The notes beneath the pieces are model-generated. The model saw only the letters and a program-made list of their open reading frames with translations, was not told the origin of the DNA and did not search any database. Below are positions 36,225 to 43,914 of a DNA stretch of 64,000 nt, in pieces; the first letter of the stretch is position 1, and each line of letters starts with the position of its first letter. The stretch covers positions 27,569-91,568 of the forward strand of contig CAZVRA010000001.1 of NCBI GenBank assembly GCA_964630055.1, in the 5' to 3' direction. The stretch is from an uncultured Candidatus Saccharibacteria bacterium. GTDB lineage: Bacteria > Patescibacteriota > Saccharimonadia > Saccharimonadales > CAZVRA01. The position numbers were made by a program, and so were the translations under genes.

Positions 36225-37466
36225 ATGGCCGCGCTAGCCGAAGCAATTAGTTTGCATAATCCAGAATTAGTAGCCGAGCAACGGTACGATAACGCCAAGA
36301 GTTTTGATGTTTTGGCAAGCGTGCGAGCCTTTAGATACGACCAAGAAAACTTTGGGCGGGTACTGCCCGAGACTCGCCGGCAGGTGGCCGACGAAGAGCT
36401 AAGCCTGCTTGTTGAGGGGGTTGACCGCTCGGCTAGGACCGAATTTTTACTAACCAAACAGGGTGATGACCTGGCATTTTATAAAAATGGCCGGTGGCAA
36501 TCTTATACTGGCATGTTAATTACCGGCCAGGCGGTAGCGGCTCACGAAGCCAATGCCGACCCGCGCAAGCAGTTTTTGGCTGATGCCGCAGACAAAGATT
36601 TGGCCATTGGTTACAGGATGCGTCAGTTAAGACCGGGCCAGCAGTTTTTTTGGTCGTCAGCCTACGACCATGATGCAGAAGCTCAATACGGGGCAGAATT
36701 TATGGAGTCCTGCGGCCGTTTTCCTGATCGTAAAATGGCCTTTTTGTACCGAGCATATTGTGATCGCCACGGCAACGTCGTGATGCAGTCGCAAACGGTC
36801 GATAACAGCGACGACGAGGCCATATCGGCCGCGCTGGAGATGGCTCAAAGTAATCCTTGCCATGATTTGGACGACGCAGTTATGGCTTATGACGCGGTTT
36901 TGGAGCGCAAGCATGGTGGCAGGTTTTATGCTGGTCGCCAGGACGGGGTTGCTCAAGAAAACGCTTGGCTTATTTTGCAGCAGCACACCGATTTAATCGA
37001 CTACTTGCTGGACGGCCTGGAGTCTATGGCTGCTGGGCCGCTAAGTGATGTCGAGCTGGAGCTTAAAACAAAAAAGCATATTTACGGTGTTTGGGCGGCC
37101 TTTAAAAAGCGCCTAGACACTGGTACATTACCGACCAATAGTGCTGGATTTGCGCCACTCGACCCAGGTCTAACGATTGCTTGGCAGCAGCCTTGGGAGT
37201 TGCAGCAAGAGGTCCAGCAGGCCTTCAACTCATTTGCCAAACAGGGTATTGCCATGGTGGGCTGCGGTGGGCAAATAACCATCAGCCAGGGCGAAAGCGA
37301 TATATTGGCCATGGAAAGCAAAGATACATTCGATGTCATATTTGGTGCCGACGAAGACAAATATGGCTCGCTAGAATTTGAGTGCCCCAAAGGCTGCCGC
37401 AATCGTCGTCCGCGCGGCAAGCTCATAGATAATTGCCAAAAATGTGGCCAGAGCGTACGCTGCTAG
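36225..37466 (+). CDS. Orphan 413-aa protein with C-terminal zinc-ribbon (CPKGC...CQKCG)
   Basis: A long ORF, visibly more GC-rich than the preceding 1.6 kb. I recognise no family. The C-terminus is FECPKGCRNRRPRGKLIDNCQKCGQSVRC. Confidence 0.6.
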   Translation: MAALAEAISLHNPELVAEQRYDNAKSFDVLASVRAFRYDQENFGRVLPETRRQVADEELSLLVEGVDRSARTEFLLTKQGDDLAFYKNGRWQSYTGMLITGQAVAAHEANADPRKQFLADAADKDLAIGYRMRQLRPGQQFFWSSAYDHDAEAQYGAEFMESCGRFPDRKMAFLYRAYCDRHGNVVMQSQTVDNSDDEAISAALEMAQSNPCHDLDDAVMAYDAVLERKHGGRFYAGRQDGVAQENAWLILQQHTDLIDYLLDGLESMAAGPLSDVELELKTKKHIYGVWAAFKKRLDTGTLPTNSAGFAPLDPGLTIAWQQPWELQQEVQQAFNSFAKQGIAMVGCGGQITISQGESDILAMESKDTFDVIFGADEDKYGSLEFECPKGCRNRRPRGKLIDNCQKCGQSVRC

Positions 37467-37493
37467 TGCATATTGCTATTGGTTAATAAAGCG

Positions 37494-37499
37494 TATAAT
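37494..37499 (+). promoter_or_regulatory. -10 box TATAAT, 8 nt upstream of ATG 37508; leaderless-type
   Basis: Reads gcgTATAAT-aaatcaat-ATG. Confidence 0.35.
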
Positions 37500-37507
37500 A
37501 AATCAAT

Positions 37508-37672
37508 ATGAACAGCCAAGACGATGTTTATCAGGAGCTAGTCAACAATAAATCGCCCGAATTTTTTTGCGATAGTTGCGGGCATTACCCAATTGAGCCG
37601 GTTCATGGTCATTTTGTTTGCCCGGCCTGCCGGATGCCGACCAAATGCTGCGAAGGCGCTCCAGCCGATTAA
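37508..37672 (+). CDS. 54-aa zinc-ribbon protein (below ORF-track cutoff)
   Basis: Hand translation gives MNSQDDVYQELVNNKSPEFFCDSCGHYPIEPVHGHFVCPACRMPTKCCEGAPAD, with a CxxC-13-CxxC pattern. It fills the gap before nadD. Confidence 0.4.
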   Translation: MNSQDDVYQELVNNKSPEFFCDSCGHYPIEPVHGHFVCPACRMPTKCCEGAPAD

Positions 37673-37692
37673 TTTGCTATACTCCTAAGCAG

Positions 37693-38283
37693 ATGAAAAA
37701 GATTGGGATATACGCTGGTACGTTTGATCCGGTGCACAAGGCGCACGTTGCTTTTGCGCTGGCGGCGGCCAAGGATGCTAGGTTGGACGAGGTGTATTTT
37801 TTGCCAGAGGTGGCGCCGCGTTATAAAAATAATGTTTCTCATATAGCTCACCGCACGGCAATGTTGCGGCTGGCCTGCAGAGCCCATAGCCAGCTAAAAA
37901 TACTGGAGCTGCCCGACAAAGCTTTTTCTTGCGCCCGAACTTGGCCAAAACTACGCCGGCGCTGGCCGGAAGACGAACTTTTTTTACTGGTGGGCTCGGA
38001 TGTTGTGGCTCATATGGGCCGCTGGACCGGGGTGGAACAAATGTTGCCACAGATGGGCTTGGTGGTGGCAGTTCGTGGGACGTCGCAAACGGCCGACTTG
38101 CAATTGCATGTCGCCAGCCTGCCGGCTGCACCAAAAAACCTAAAGGTTATCGATAGTCCGGAGCCGGCAATTAGTTCTCGCGCTATAAGGCATCATTTGC
38201 GGGCTGGCGGCAAAACCGATTCACTTTTACCAAGCGTAAGCAACTATATATCTGGCCAGTGGCTTTACCAAAGAATACCTTAA
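37693..38283 (+). CDS. nadD: Nicotinate-nucleotide adenylyltransferase
   Basis: MKKIGIYAGTFDPVHKAH ((T/H)xGH-type motif) and ISSRAIR near the C-terminus. Start chosen at ATG 37693. The track start at 37618 is a TTG. Confidence 0.85.
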   Translation: MKKIGIYAGTFDPVHKAHVAFALAAAKDARLDEVYFLPEVAPRYKNNVSHIAHRTAMLRLACRAHSQLKILELPDKAFSCARTWPKLRRRWPEDELFLLVGSDVVAHMGRWTGVEQMLPQMGLVVAVRGTSQTADLQLHVASLPAAPKNLKVIDSPEPAISSRAIRHHLRAGGKTDSLLPSVSNYISGQWLYQRIP

Positions 38284-38311
38284 TACAATGCAGTGCAGTG
38301 CAAAAAGTAGC

Positions 38312-40000
38312 TTAGTTTTCGGCGACTTCGTAGTGGCTGTGCAGGTAAGCCTGGTGTTGTTCTCGGAACCGTTTGAACTCGGTCTTTTTAAAGCCGCTGC
38401 GCTTGATAAAAGCACCAATTTTTTCGCTGCCCATATAATGAGGCATCATAACGTAGCTGGCGCCTAGCTCATACAGGTTATCGGCTTCGGCTACGTTTTC
38501 GGCATGACAAATAATCATAATATTTGGGTTTTGATCTAGCAGTAATTTAACCAAAAATTGACTAGTGGCAAAATCGGTTATGGTCGAAACAGCCAATTTC
38601 ATATGTTCCAGACCTATTTCGTCAAGCAACTCTATGTCGCTCACGTCACCATATATGTAATCGACCTTTTGTCGTTCTAATTGGTCAATTATCTCTGGAT
38701 CATAATCGATAACAAGATATCGTTTGTTGAGTCGATCGAATACCTTCATAAACTCGTGTCCGCCTTTACGATAGCCGAACAGGACTATATCATGACGGCG
38801 CTTTCGAACGCGTTCGCTATGGGTTTTGCTGCGCTCATAAATATGCAAGCGTTTTTCGAAAATATCAAATAATTTGTCGGAGTAAACAATTAAGTATGTC
38901 GAAACAGTTATAGAAATAAGTGCAATTATGGTGGTGATGCTAACTAATTGACTGCCGACCAGGTCTATTTTTTGCCCCAAAATAATAAATATCAACGAAA
39001 ATTCGCTAATTTGGGCTGTGGCCAGTGCCGCTTTAAAGCTGGTTCGTTTGGTATAGCCAAGCACTCCCATCAGCCACAGAACAATCAGCGGTTTAATGAC
39101 AATAACTATAAAGCACCCCATGAGAATAAAGGGTAGTAGTGTCACCCAATGATCAAAATTGAGTCTTGTGCCAAGCGTTATAAAGAAAACGACAATAAAA
39201 AAGTCGCGTAGCGGACGTAACTTGGCGCTAATTTCTTGAGTGTAGGGGAGGCCTGCCAGCGCTACGCCAGCCAGTAGGGCACCAATTTCTAGGGAAAACC
39301 CAGCATGTTCAAAAAGGGCGGCAAAGCCGAACCCCCAGCCCAGGGCAAAAAGGAATAGAAATTCCTGGCTGCCAGATATTAGTTTATTGAACCTAGGCAA
39401 GATGACCATACCTATAAACAAAAGCGGCACTGCAATGACGGCTCCTTTTAGACCAAGTTGCATTAGGCTGCCAACACTAATGCCGTCGCCAGCTTTGGCT
39501 GTAATAAGCAGTAAAGCAATGGCAGCCACAATGTCTTGCACCAGTAGGATACCAGTTAAAACTTTGCCATAAAGCCTGGACTGTTCTTTTTTGTCGGTCA
39601 GTAGTTTTAAAATTATAATGGTGCTGCTAAGAGCCAAGCCAAACCCCCAAAAGACAGATTCGGTATTGGTTAGCCCCAAAACCCTGCCACACAAAAAACC
39701 TATCGCCATAGAGGCAAAAACCTGTAGAAAACCGGCCAGGGAGGCAATTTTACCAACCTCTCGTATGACCTGAGGATTAAGACCAAGGCCAATTATAAAT
39801 AGAAGCAGGGCAATGCCAATGCTCGAAAAAACCTCAATGGTTTGCGGGCTATGCACTAAATTAAGAACCGACGGGCCTACGATTAGACCCGTAATAATAT
39901 GCCCAATTATTAGGGGCTGACGCAAAATGCGCATTATTAATGACACGCCAGCTGCTAGCGCCACTACAATACTCAATTCCGCAAAAAGTGAATAATGCAA
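38312..40000 (-). CDS. CPA2-family cation/proton antiporter with C-terminal RCK/TrkA-N domain (KefB/C-like)
   Basis: About 12 TM helices, then a DIVLFGYRKGG Rossmann-like RCK domain. Confidence 0.8.
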   Translation of the reverse strand: MHYSLFAELSIVVALAAGVSLIMRILRQPLIIGHIITGLIVGPSVLNLVHSPQTIEVFSSIGIALLLFIIGLGLNPQVIREVGKIASLAGFLQVFASMAIGFLCGRVLGLTNTESVFWGFGLALSSTIIILKLLTDKKEQSRLYGKVLTGILLVQDIVAAIALLLITAKAGDGISVGSLMQLGLKGAVIAVPLLFIGMVILPRFNKLISGSQEFLFLFALGWGFGFAALFEHAGFSLEIGALLAGVALAGLPYTQEISAKLRPLRDFFIVVFFITLGTRLNFDHWVTLLPFILMGCFIVIVIKPLIVLWLMGVLGYTKRTSFKAALATAQISEFSLIFIILGQKIDLVGSQLVSITTIIALISITVSTYLIVYSDKLFDIFEKRLHIYERSKTHSERVRKRRHDIVLFGYRKGGHEFMKVFDRLNKRYLVIDYDPEIIDQLERQKVDYIYGDVSDIELLDEIGLEHMKLAVSTITDFATSQFLVKLLLDQNPNIMIICHAENVAEADNLYELGASYVMMPHYMGSEKIGAFIKRSGFKKTEFKRFREQHQAYLHSHYEVAEN

Positions 40001-40021
40001 ATATAAGCCCTTACTTTATTT

Positions 40022-40285
40022 TTATTTGTGATTATCTAAAGTAGATATTAAGATCAACACAGCGCCAACAAATAAGAAAGCAGCGCCCACGCCCATTAAA
40101 AAGATTCTGGTTCGGGCGTCGGACTGCAGGGCGCCAATGCCAACCGTAATGGCTCCGGCAAATATTATGCCCGAGCTAGCAGCCAAGTTGGTGACTATTT
40201 TGGGGACACGAATAACTCGTGACGTTAAATTTGATCTTGTGCTGGTCTTGGTGACTCGATTGTTCTTGGTTTTTGGTTTAGCCAT
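40022..40285 (-). CDS. Small two-TM membrane protein, unknown function
   Basis: A basic N-terminus followed by two hydrophobic helices. It lies 21 nt downstream of the antiporter gene. Confidence 0.45.
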   Translation of the reverse strand: MAKPKTKNNRVTKTSTRSNLTSRVIRVPKIVTNLAASSGIIFAGAITVGIGALQSDARTRIFLMGVGAAFLFVGAVLILISTLDNHK

Positions 40286-40343
40286 GACTTATATGCCTTC
40301 CATTTTGTTTATTCTACTTTTAAGTATACAAAACATGAGCAGT

Positions 40344-40373
40344 TTGACAAGCCTGGAATGTTTGTAGTACTAT
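40344..40373 (+). promoter_or_regulatory. Sigma70-type promoter TTGACA-18-TACTAT
   Basis: TTGACA at 40344-49 and TACTAT at 40368-73. It points into a 300-bp region with no ORF-track gene. Confidence 0.45.
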
Positions 40374-40507
40374 GGTCACATTCTTTGCTTTTTGGTGATT
40401 GTTATCACAACATCGCCACAAATTAAGGCACAGAAAAACAAAAAATTTACAAAAAAGCCAACAAAAAATTTTGAGACGGTTTTTTGTTGACCTAAAAAGG
40501 AGGAGTT

Positions 40508-40597
40508 ATGGGTATTAAAATAAAAACAATATCAAGGGGGTATAAAGTGGAAGTAAGAGTCAAGCGCCCAACTTGGGCCCAATTCCTACACTACTAG
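40508..40597 (+). CDS. Possible 29-aa highly basic peptide
   Basis: A perfect SD AAGGAGG (40497-503) precedes ATG 40508. The peptide is MGIKIKTISRGYKVEVRVKRPTWAQFLHY. A terminator follows 24 nt downstream. Confidence 0.35.
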   Translation: MGIKIKTISRGYKVEVRVKRPTWAQFLHY

Positions 40598-40621
40598 AAG
40601 CCCGTTGTTTCTATGCCTAAA

Positions 40622-40650
40622 AGCCGGTCACATGACCGGCTGTTTTTGTT
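40622..40650. terminator. Bidirectional intrinsic terminator
   Basis: AGCCGGTCA/TGACCGGCT palindrome, flanked by AAAA on one side and TTTTTGTT on the other. It sits between convergent transcription units. Confidence 0.65.
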
Positions 40651-40689
40651 ACTAGGCAATTTTGCGAGAACAAATATACTTGAGTCTCA

Positions 40690-41367
40690 TTATTGCTTAT
40701 TGGCGCTAGCTATGGCTTCGTCAATCAGTTTTTCGAAGCCAGGTAGGTCGCGGGGTAAATCTTTGTCGTTGATCTTTTTGCCTTGCAGGATAAAAGTAGG
40801 TGTACCCTTAATATCTATTTTGGTGCCTTCGTTGTAATCGGCATTAATTAGGGCATTTATAGAGTCGCTAGCGTAGTCTTTTTTGAATGTGTCTACATTA
40901 AGTCCTAGCTGGCTAGCGTAGCTTTCGAATATGCCAATTACATTATTGCTAGATTCCCAGGACTTTTGTTGCTCGTAAAGCAGGTCGTGCATTTCCCAGA
41001 ATTTGCCTTGTTTGTCGGCGGCTTCGGCTGCTCGAGCGGCAGCTCTGGCATTTTGGTGAATGGTCAAAGGAAAATTACGGAACTGGAACTGGATATCGGC
41101 TTGGTATTTTTGGACCAAAGCTTTAATCAGCGGATGATAACCGCCACACGCTGGACACTGGTAATCACCGTACTCTACCAGAGTTACCTTTTTGGCATTT
41201 TGGCCAGTAACGTGATTACTTGGTGCCACAGTTTGACCGCCATTAGAACCGGATCCAGTTTGATTAGATTTATCTTTTGTAAACCAAAAAACCGCGCCCA
41301 AACCCACCACGCACAAGATTAAAATGCTCGCAAAACGTCTATCCATGACATTTATATTAACATACAT
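40690..41367 (-). CDS. DsbA-family thiol:disulfide oxidoreductase, membrane-anchored
   Basis: CPAC active site in a thioredoxin fold (YGDYQCPACGGYH) and an N-terminal signal anchor. An alternative start exists at Met8 (41346). Confidence 0.75.
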   Translation of the reverse strand: MYVNINVMDRRFASILILCVVGLGAVFWFTKDKSNQTGSGSNGGQTVAPSNHVTGQNAKKVTLVEYGDYQCPACGGYHPLIKALVQKYQADIQFQFRNFPLTIHQNARAAARAAEAADKQGKFWEMHDLLYEQQKSWESSNNVIGIFESYASQLGLNVDTFKKDYASDSINALINADYNEGTKIDIKGTPTFILQGKKINDKDLPRDLPGFEKLIDEAIASANKQ

Positions 41368-41380
41368 TTTTAACGCCCAG

Positions 41381-41389
41381 TGGTATTAT
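41381..41389 (+). promoter_or_regulatory. Extended -10 box (TGgTATTAT), 7 nt upstream of ATG 41397; leaderless-type
   Basis: Reads agTGgTATTAT-aataatt-ATG. Confidence 0.45.
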
Positions 41390-41396
41390 AATAATT

Positions 41397-42530
41397 ATGT
41401 GGCACTTAATATTGATTTTGTTATTGGCGGCAGCGACGTTTTTGGGTATTTCCCTAAAAAAGATTTACTCAAACATTCCGGCAAAAGAGCTTAAGCGGCG
41501 GGCTGCTAACGGAGATGAGCTAGCGGCTTTGCTTTACCGTGCGGTTGGCTATGGTATGAACCTTCAGGTTCTTTTGTGGGCAATTATTGGCATTTGCGCC
41601 GCCGGATTTTTTGTTTTGACTGCCCGTTTTTTGCCCAGTTGGCTAGCATTTTTGGGCTCGATTGCGCTACTGTGGTTTGGCTTTGCTTGGCTGCCCAATA
41701 CCCGCGTTACCAGGCTGGGCAACGAGGTTGCTCGACGGGCGGCACCAATATTGGCGGCAATATTGAACAAGCTTTACCCCTTAACCAACAAGATTAGCCA
41801 AGCAATCAGGAAGAACCGATACGTTGCGATGCACACTGGGCTGTTTCAGCGAGAGGATCTTTTGGAGCTGCTAGACAAGCAGGCAAGACAGACCGATAAC
41901 CGAATTACGGCCGACGAATTGTCGATTGCCAAGCACGCTCTGCAATTTGGCGACAAGACCATTCAGCAGACCATGACACCCAAGCGAGTTGTTCGCACCG
42001 TTGATGCCAACGAGCCTATCGGTCCGCTACTCATGGATGACCTGCACAAAAGCGGCTTTTCGCGCTTTCCGGTTATGGACGGCGAGCAAATAATTGGCAC
42101 TCTGTTTTTGCGCGACCTGGTTGGTCTAAAAGGCGGCGGTAAAGTCCGCGATCATATAAAAAAACGGGTTTATTATGTCAACGAAAGCCAACCGTTGGCG
42201 CAGGTTTTGGCGGCCTTTTTAAAAACCAAGCACCACCTGTTTATTGTCGTTAACGAGTTCGAAGAAACGGTCGGTATTATTACCATAGAGGACGTCATAG
42301 AACAGGTGTTGGGTAAGCGAATTATTGATGAGTTCGATAATTACGACGATATGCGGGCGGTGGCGGCTCAGCAAGCCAAGCAAGATAAGAAGAATCATAA
42401 GCACGCTGTCGAAGACGGTTCTGCCGCAGCCACAAAAACAGTACCAACGGTGCCAAAAAATGCCTCCAGAGACGCTCCAAAAACGTCCCCAGCCAAAACC
42501 GAGGCCCAATCGGCCACCGCTAAAGAGTAA
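41397..42530 (+). CDS. CNNM/DUF21 transmembrane domain plus CBS-pair protein (CorC/HlyC-like transporter-associated)
   Basis: Four N-terminal TM helices, then tandem CBS motifs (IMTPKRVVRTV..., GIITIEDVIEQVLG). I saw no CorC_HlyC C-terminal domain. The tail is low-complexity. Confidence 0.7.
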   Translation: MWHLILILLLAAATFLGISLKKIYSNIPAKELKRRAANGDELAALLYRAVGYGMNLQVLLWAIIGICAAGFFVLTARFLPSWLAFLGSIALLWFGFAWLPNTRVTRLGNEVARRAAPILAAILNKLYPLTNKISQAIRKNRYVAMHTGLFQREDLLELLDKQARQTDNRITADELSIAKHALQFGDKTIQQTMTPKRVVRTVDANEPIGPLLMDDLHKSGFSRFPVMDGEQIIGTLFLRDLVGLKGGGKVRDHIKKRVYYVNESQPLAQVLAAFLKTKHHLFIVVNEFEETVGIITIEDVIEQVLGKRIIDEFDNYDDMRAVAAQQAKQDKKNHKHAVEDGSAAATKTVPTVPKNASRDAPKTSPAKTEAQSATAKE

Positions 42531-42533
42531 TTG

Positions 42534-42542
42534 TGATATAAT
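42534..42542 (+). promoter_or_regulatory. Extended -10 box (TGaTATAAT), 9 nt upstream of ATG 42552; leaderless-type
   Basis: Reads tTGTGaTATAAT-agcgcccat-ATG. Confidence 0.45.
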
Positions 42543-42551
42543 AGCGCCCAT

Positions 42552-43865
42552 ATGGAACGCGTATTAAACAGAGATGTGGCGGCTCATGCCCAGCAAAAAA
42601 TAATGGTGCAGGGCTGGCTGCATAAAAAACGTTTGCTTGGCGGGCTGAACTTTATAACGGTCCGAGATCGGTCGGGTTTATTGCAGGTTCTTGCCGAACA
42701 AGCTAGCGAGGTAGAAAAACTGCGCGGCCTACAAATCGGCACAGTTTTGCAGATTGAGGGCACGGTTTTTCCAGACGATCGAGCGCCCGGCGGCGCCGAA
42801 CTACATGATCCTAACATTACCGTTTTGGTGCCAGTAACAGATGAGCCGCCCATAGAAATAGACAAGCCGCTTAGCCACAAAAGCGAACATCTAGACACTT
42901 TATTTGAGCACCGAGCAATTGGACTGCGTAACTTACAGGAGCAAAAGATATTTCGCATCAGAGCTAACGTGGTGCGCGAAATCCGCGAATATTTGCATGC
43001 CCGCGAATTTGTCGAGATCGACACGCCCAAGCTTTTGGCCGAACCTACCGAAGGTGGGACCGAGGTCTTCCAGCTCGATTATTTTGGCAAAACGGCTAGT
43101 TTAGCCCAGAGCCCGCAATTTTATAAACAAATTATGGTGGGCGTTTTTGAACGAGTTTTCGAAATTGGCCATAGTTACCGGGCCGAGCCTAGCGCCACAA
43201 CTCGCCATTTGACCGAACTGACCATGCTAGATATAGAAATGGGTTTTGTTAGTGGCCACGATGAGGTTCTGGACCTGGTAGCCGACATGACCATGACGGT
43301 TCTAGGTAATATTTACAACACCCACAGTGAAGACCTAAAAAGCTGGCAGGCGCCAGAGCTCAAGCTGCCTGCAGACGGCCATGTACCACGCTATACCATT
43401 GCCCAAATTCACGAAATGTACACCAAGGCCACCAAAAACGACACCACCAAGGAGAAGGACTTAACACCAGACGAAGAACGGTGGATTGCCGATTATGTTC
43501 GTAAAAACCAGGGCAGCGATTTAGTTTACGCCACCAATTTTCCCAAAGAAGCCGGCAAGTTTTACCATAAGTTTAATGACGACGACACTGTTGCCTGGGG
43601 CGACTTAATATTCAGAGGCTTAGAACTGGCCACTGTACCGCTCCGCGAAAACAGCTACAAGGTTATGCTAAAGCAAATGACCGATGCCGGTCTAGACGTT
43701 AGTCACAAAGGTTTTGGGCCTTATCTGCAGGCGTTTTGTTACGGGTTGCCGCAGCATGGTGGTTGTGGTTTTGGCATTGACCGTTTTGTCGAGAAAATCA
43801 TTGGCCTAAAAAATGTTAAAGAAGCCACGCTGTTCCCGCGCGATATTAACCGATTAGACCCCTAA
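42552..43865 (+). CDS. aspS: Aspartate--tRNA ligase, archaeal/eukaryotic type (class IIb, ~437 aa)
   Basis: N-terminal OB fold, LAQSPQFYKQIMVGVFERVFEIGHSYRAE (motif 2 region) and GGCGFGIDRFV (motif 3). Its size fits type-2 AspRS. AsnRS is not formally excluded. Confidence 0.75.
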   Translation: MERVLNRDVAAHAQQKIMVQGWLHKKRLLGGLNFITVRDRSGLLQVLAEQASEVEKLRGLQIGTVLQIEGTVFPDDRAPGGAELHDPNITVLVPVTDEPPIEIDKPLSHKSEHLDTLFEHRAIGLRNLQEQKIFRIRANVVREIREYLHAREFVEIDTPKLLAEPTEGGTEVFQLDYFGKTASLAQSPQFYKQIMVGVFERVFEIGHSYRAEPSATTRHLTELTMLDIEMGFVSGHDEVLDLVADMTMTVLGNIYNTHSEDLKSWQAPELKLPADGHVPRYTIAQIHEMYTKATKNDTTKEKDLTPDEERWIADYVRKNQGSDLVYATNFPKEAGKFYHKFNDDDTVAWGDLIFRGLELATVPLRENSYKVMLKQMTDAGLDVSHKGFGPYLQAFCYGLPQHGGCGFGIDRFVEKIIGLKNVKEATLFPRDINRLDP

Positions 43866-43899
43866 TTTTTGTAGTATTTTCGTCATAGCATAAGCCTAA

Positions 43900-43908
43900 T
43901 GATATTAT
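43900..43908 (+). promoter_or_regulatory. Extended -10 box (TGaTATTAT), 6 nt upstream of ATG 43915; leaderless-type
   Basis: Reads aaTGaTATTAT-tgatac-ATG. A -35-like TCGTCA lies 17 nt upstream. Confidence 0.45.
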
Positions 43909-43914
43909 TGATAC

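Noticed and set aside
42531-42551. A T-box or other leader upstream of aspS, and a preQ1 riboswitch upstream of queA-tgt.
   Set aside because: The aspS intergenic region is only 21 nt. The 72 nt before queA is occupied by the tRNA-Met terminator. Neither has room for, or the conserved motifs of, these elements.
42584-43030. Long antisense or alternate-frame ORFs inside conserved genes. Examples are 42584-43030 in aspS, 59111-59689 and 59738-60139 in tgt, 58031-58573 in queA, 37778-38134 in nadD, 19016-19455 in prs and 10872-11285 in the ABC ATPase.
   Set aside because: In each case the overlapping frame carries diagnostic family motifs. The shadow ORFs have Arg/Ser/Cys-rich junk composition and no start context.
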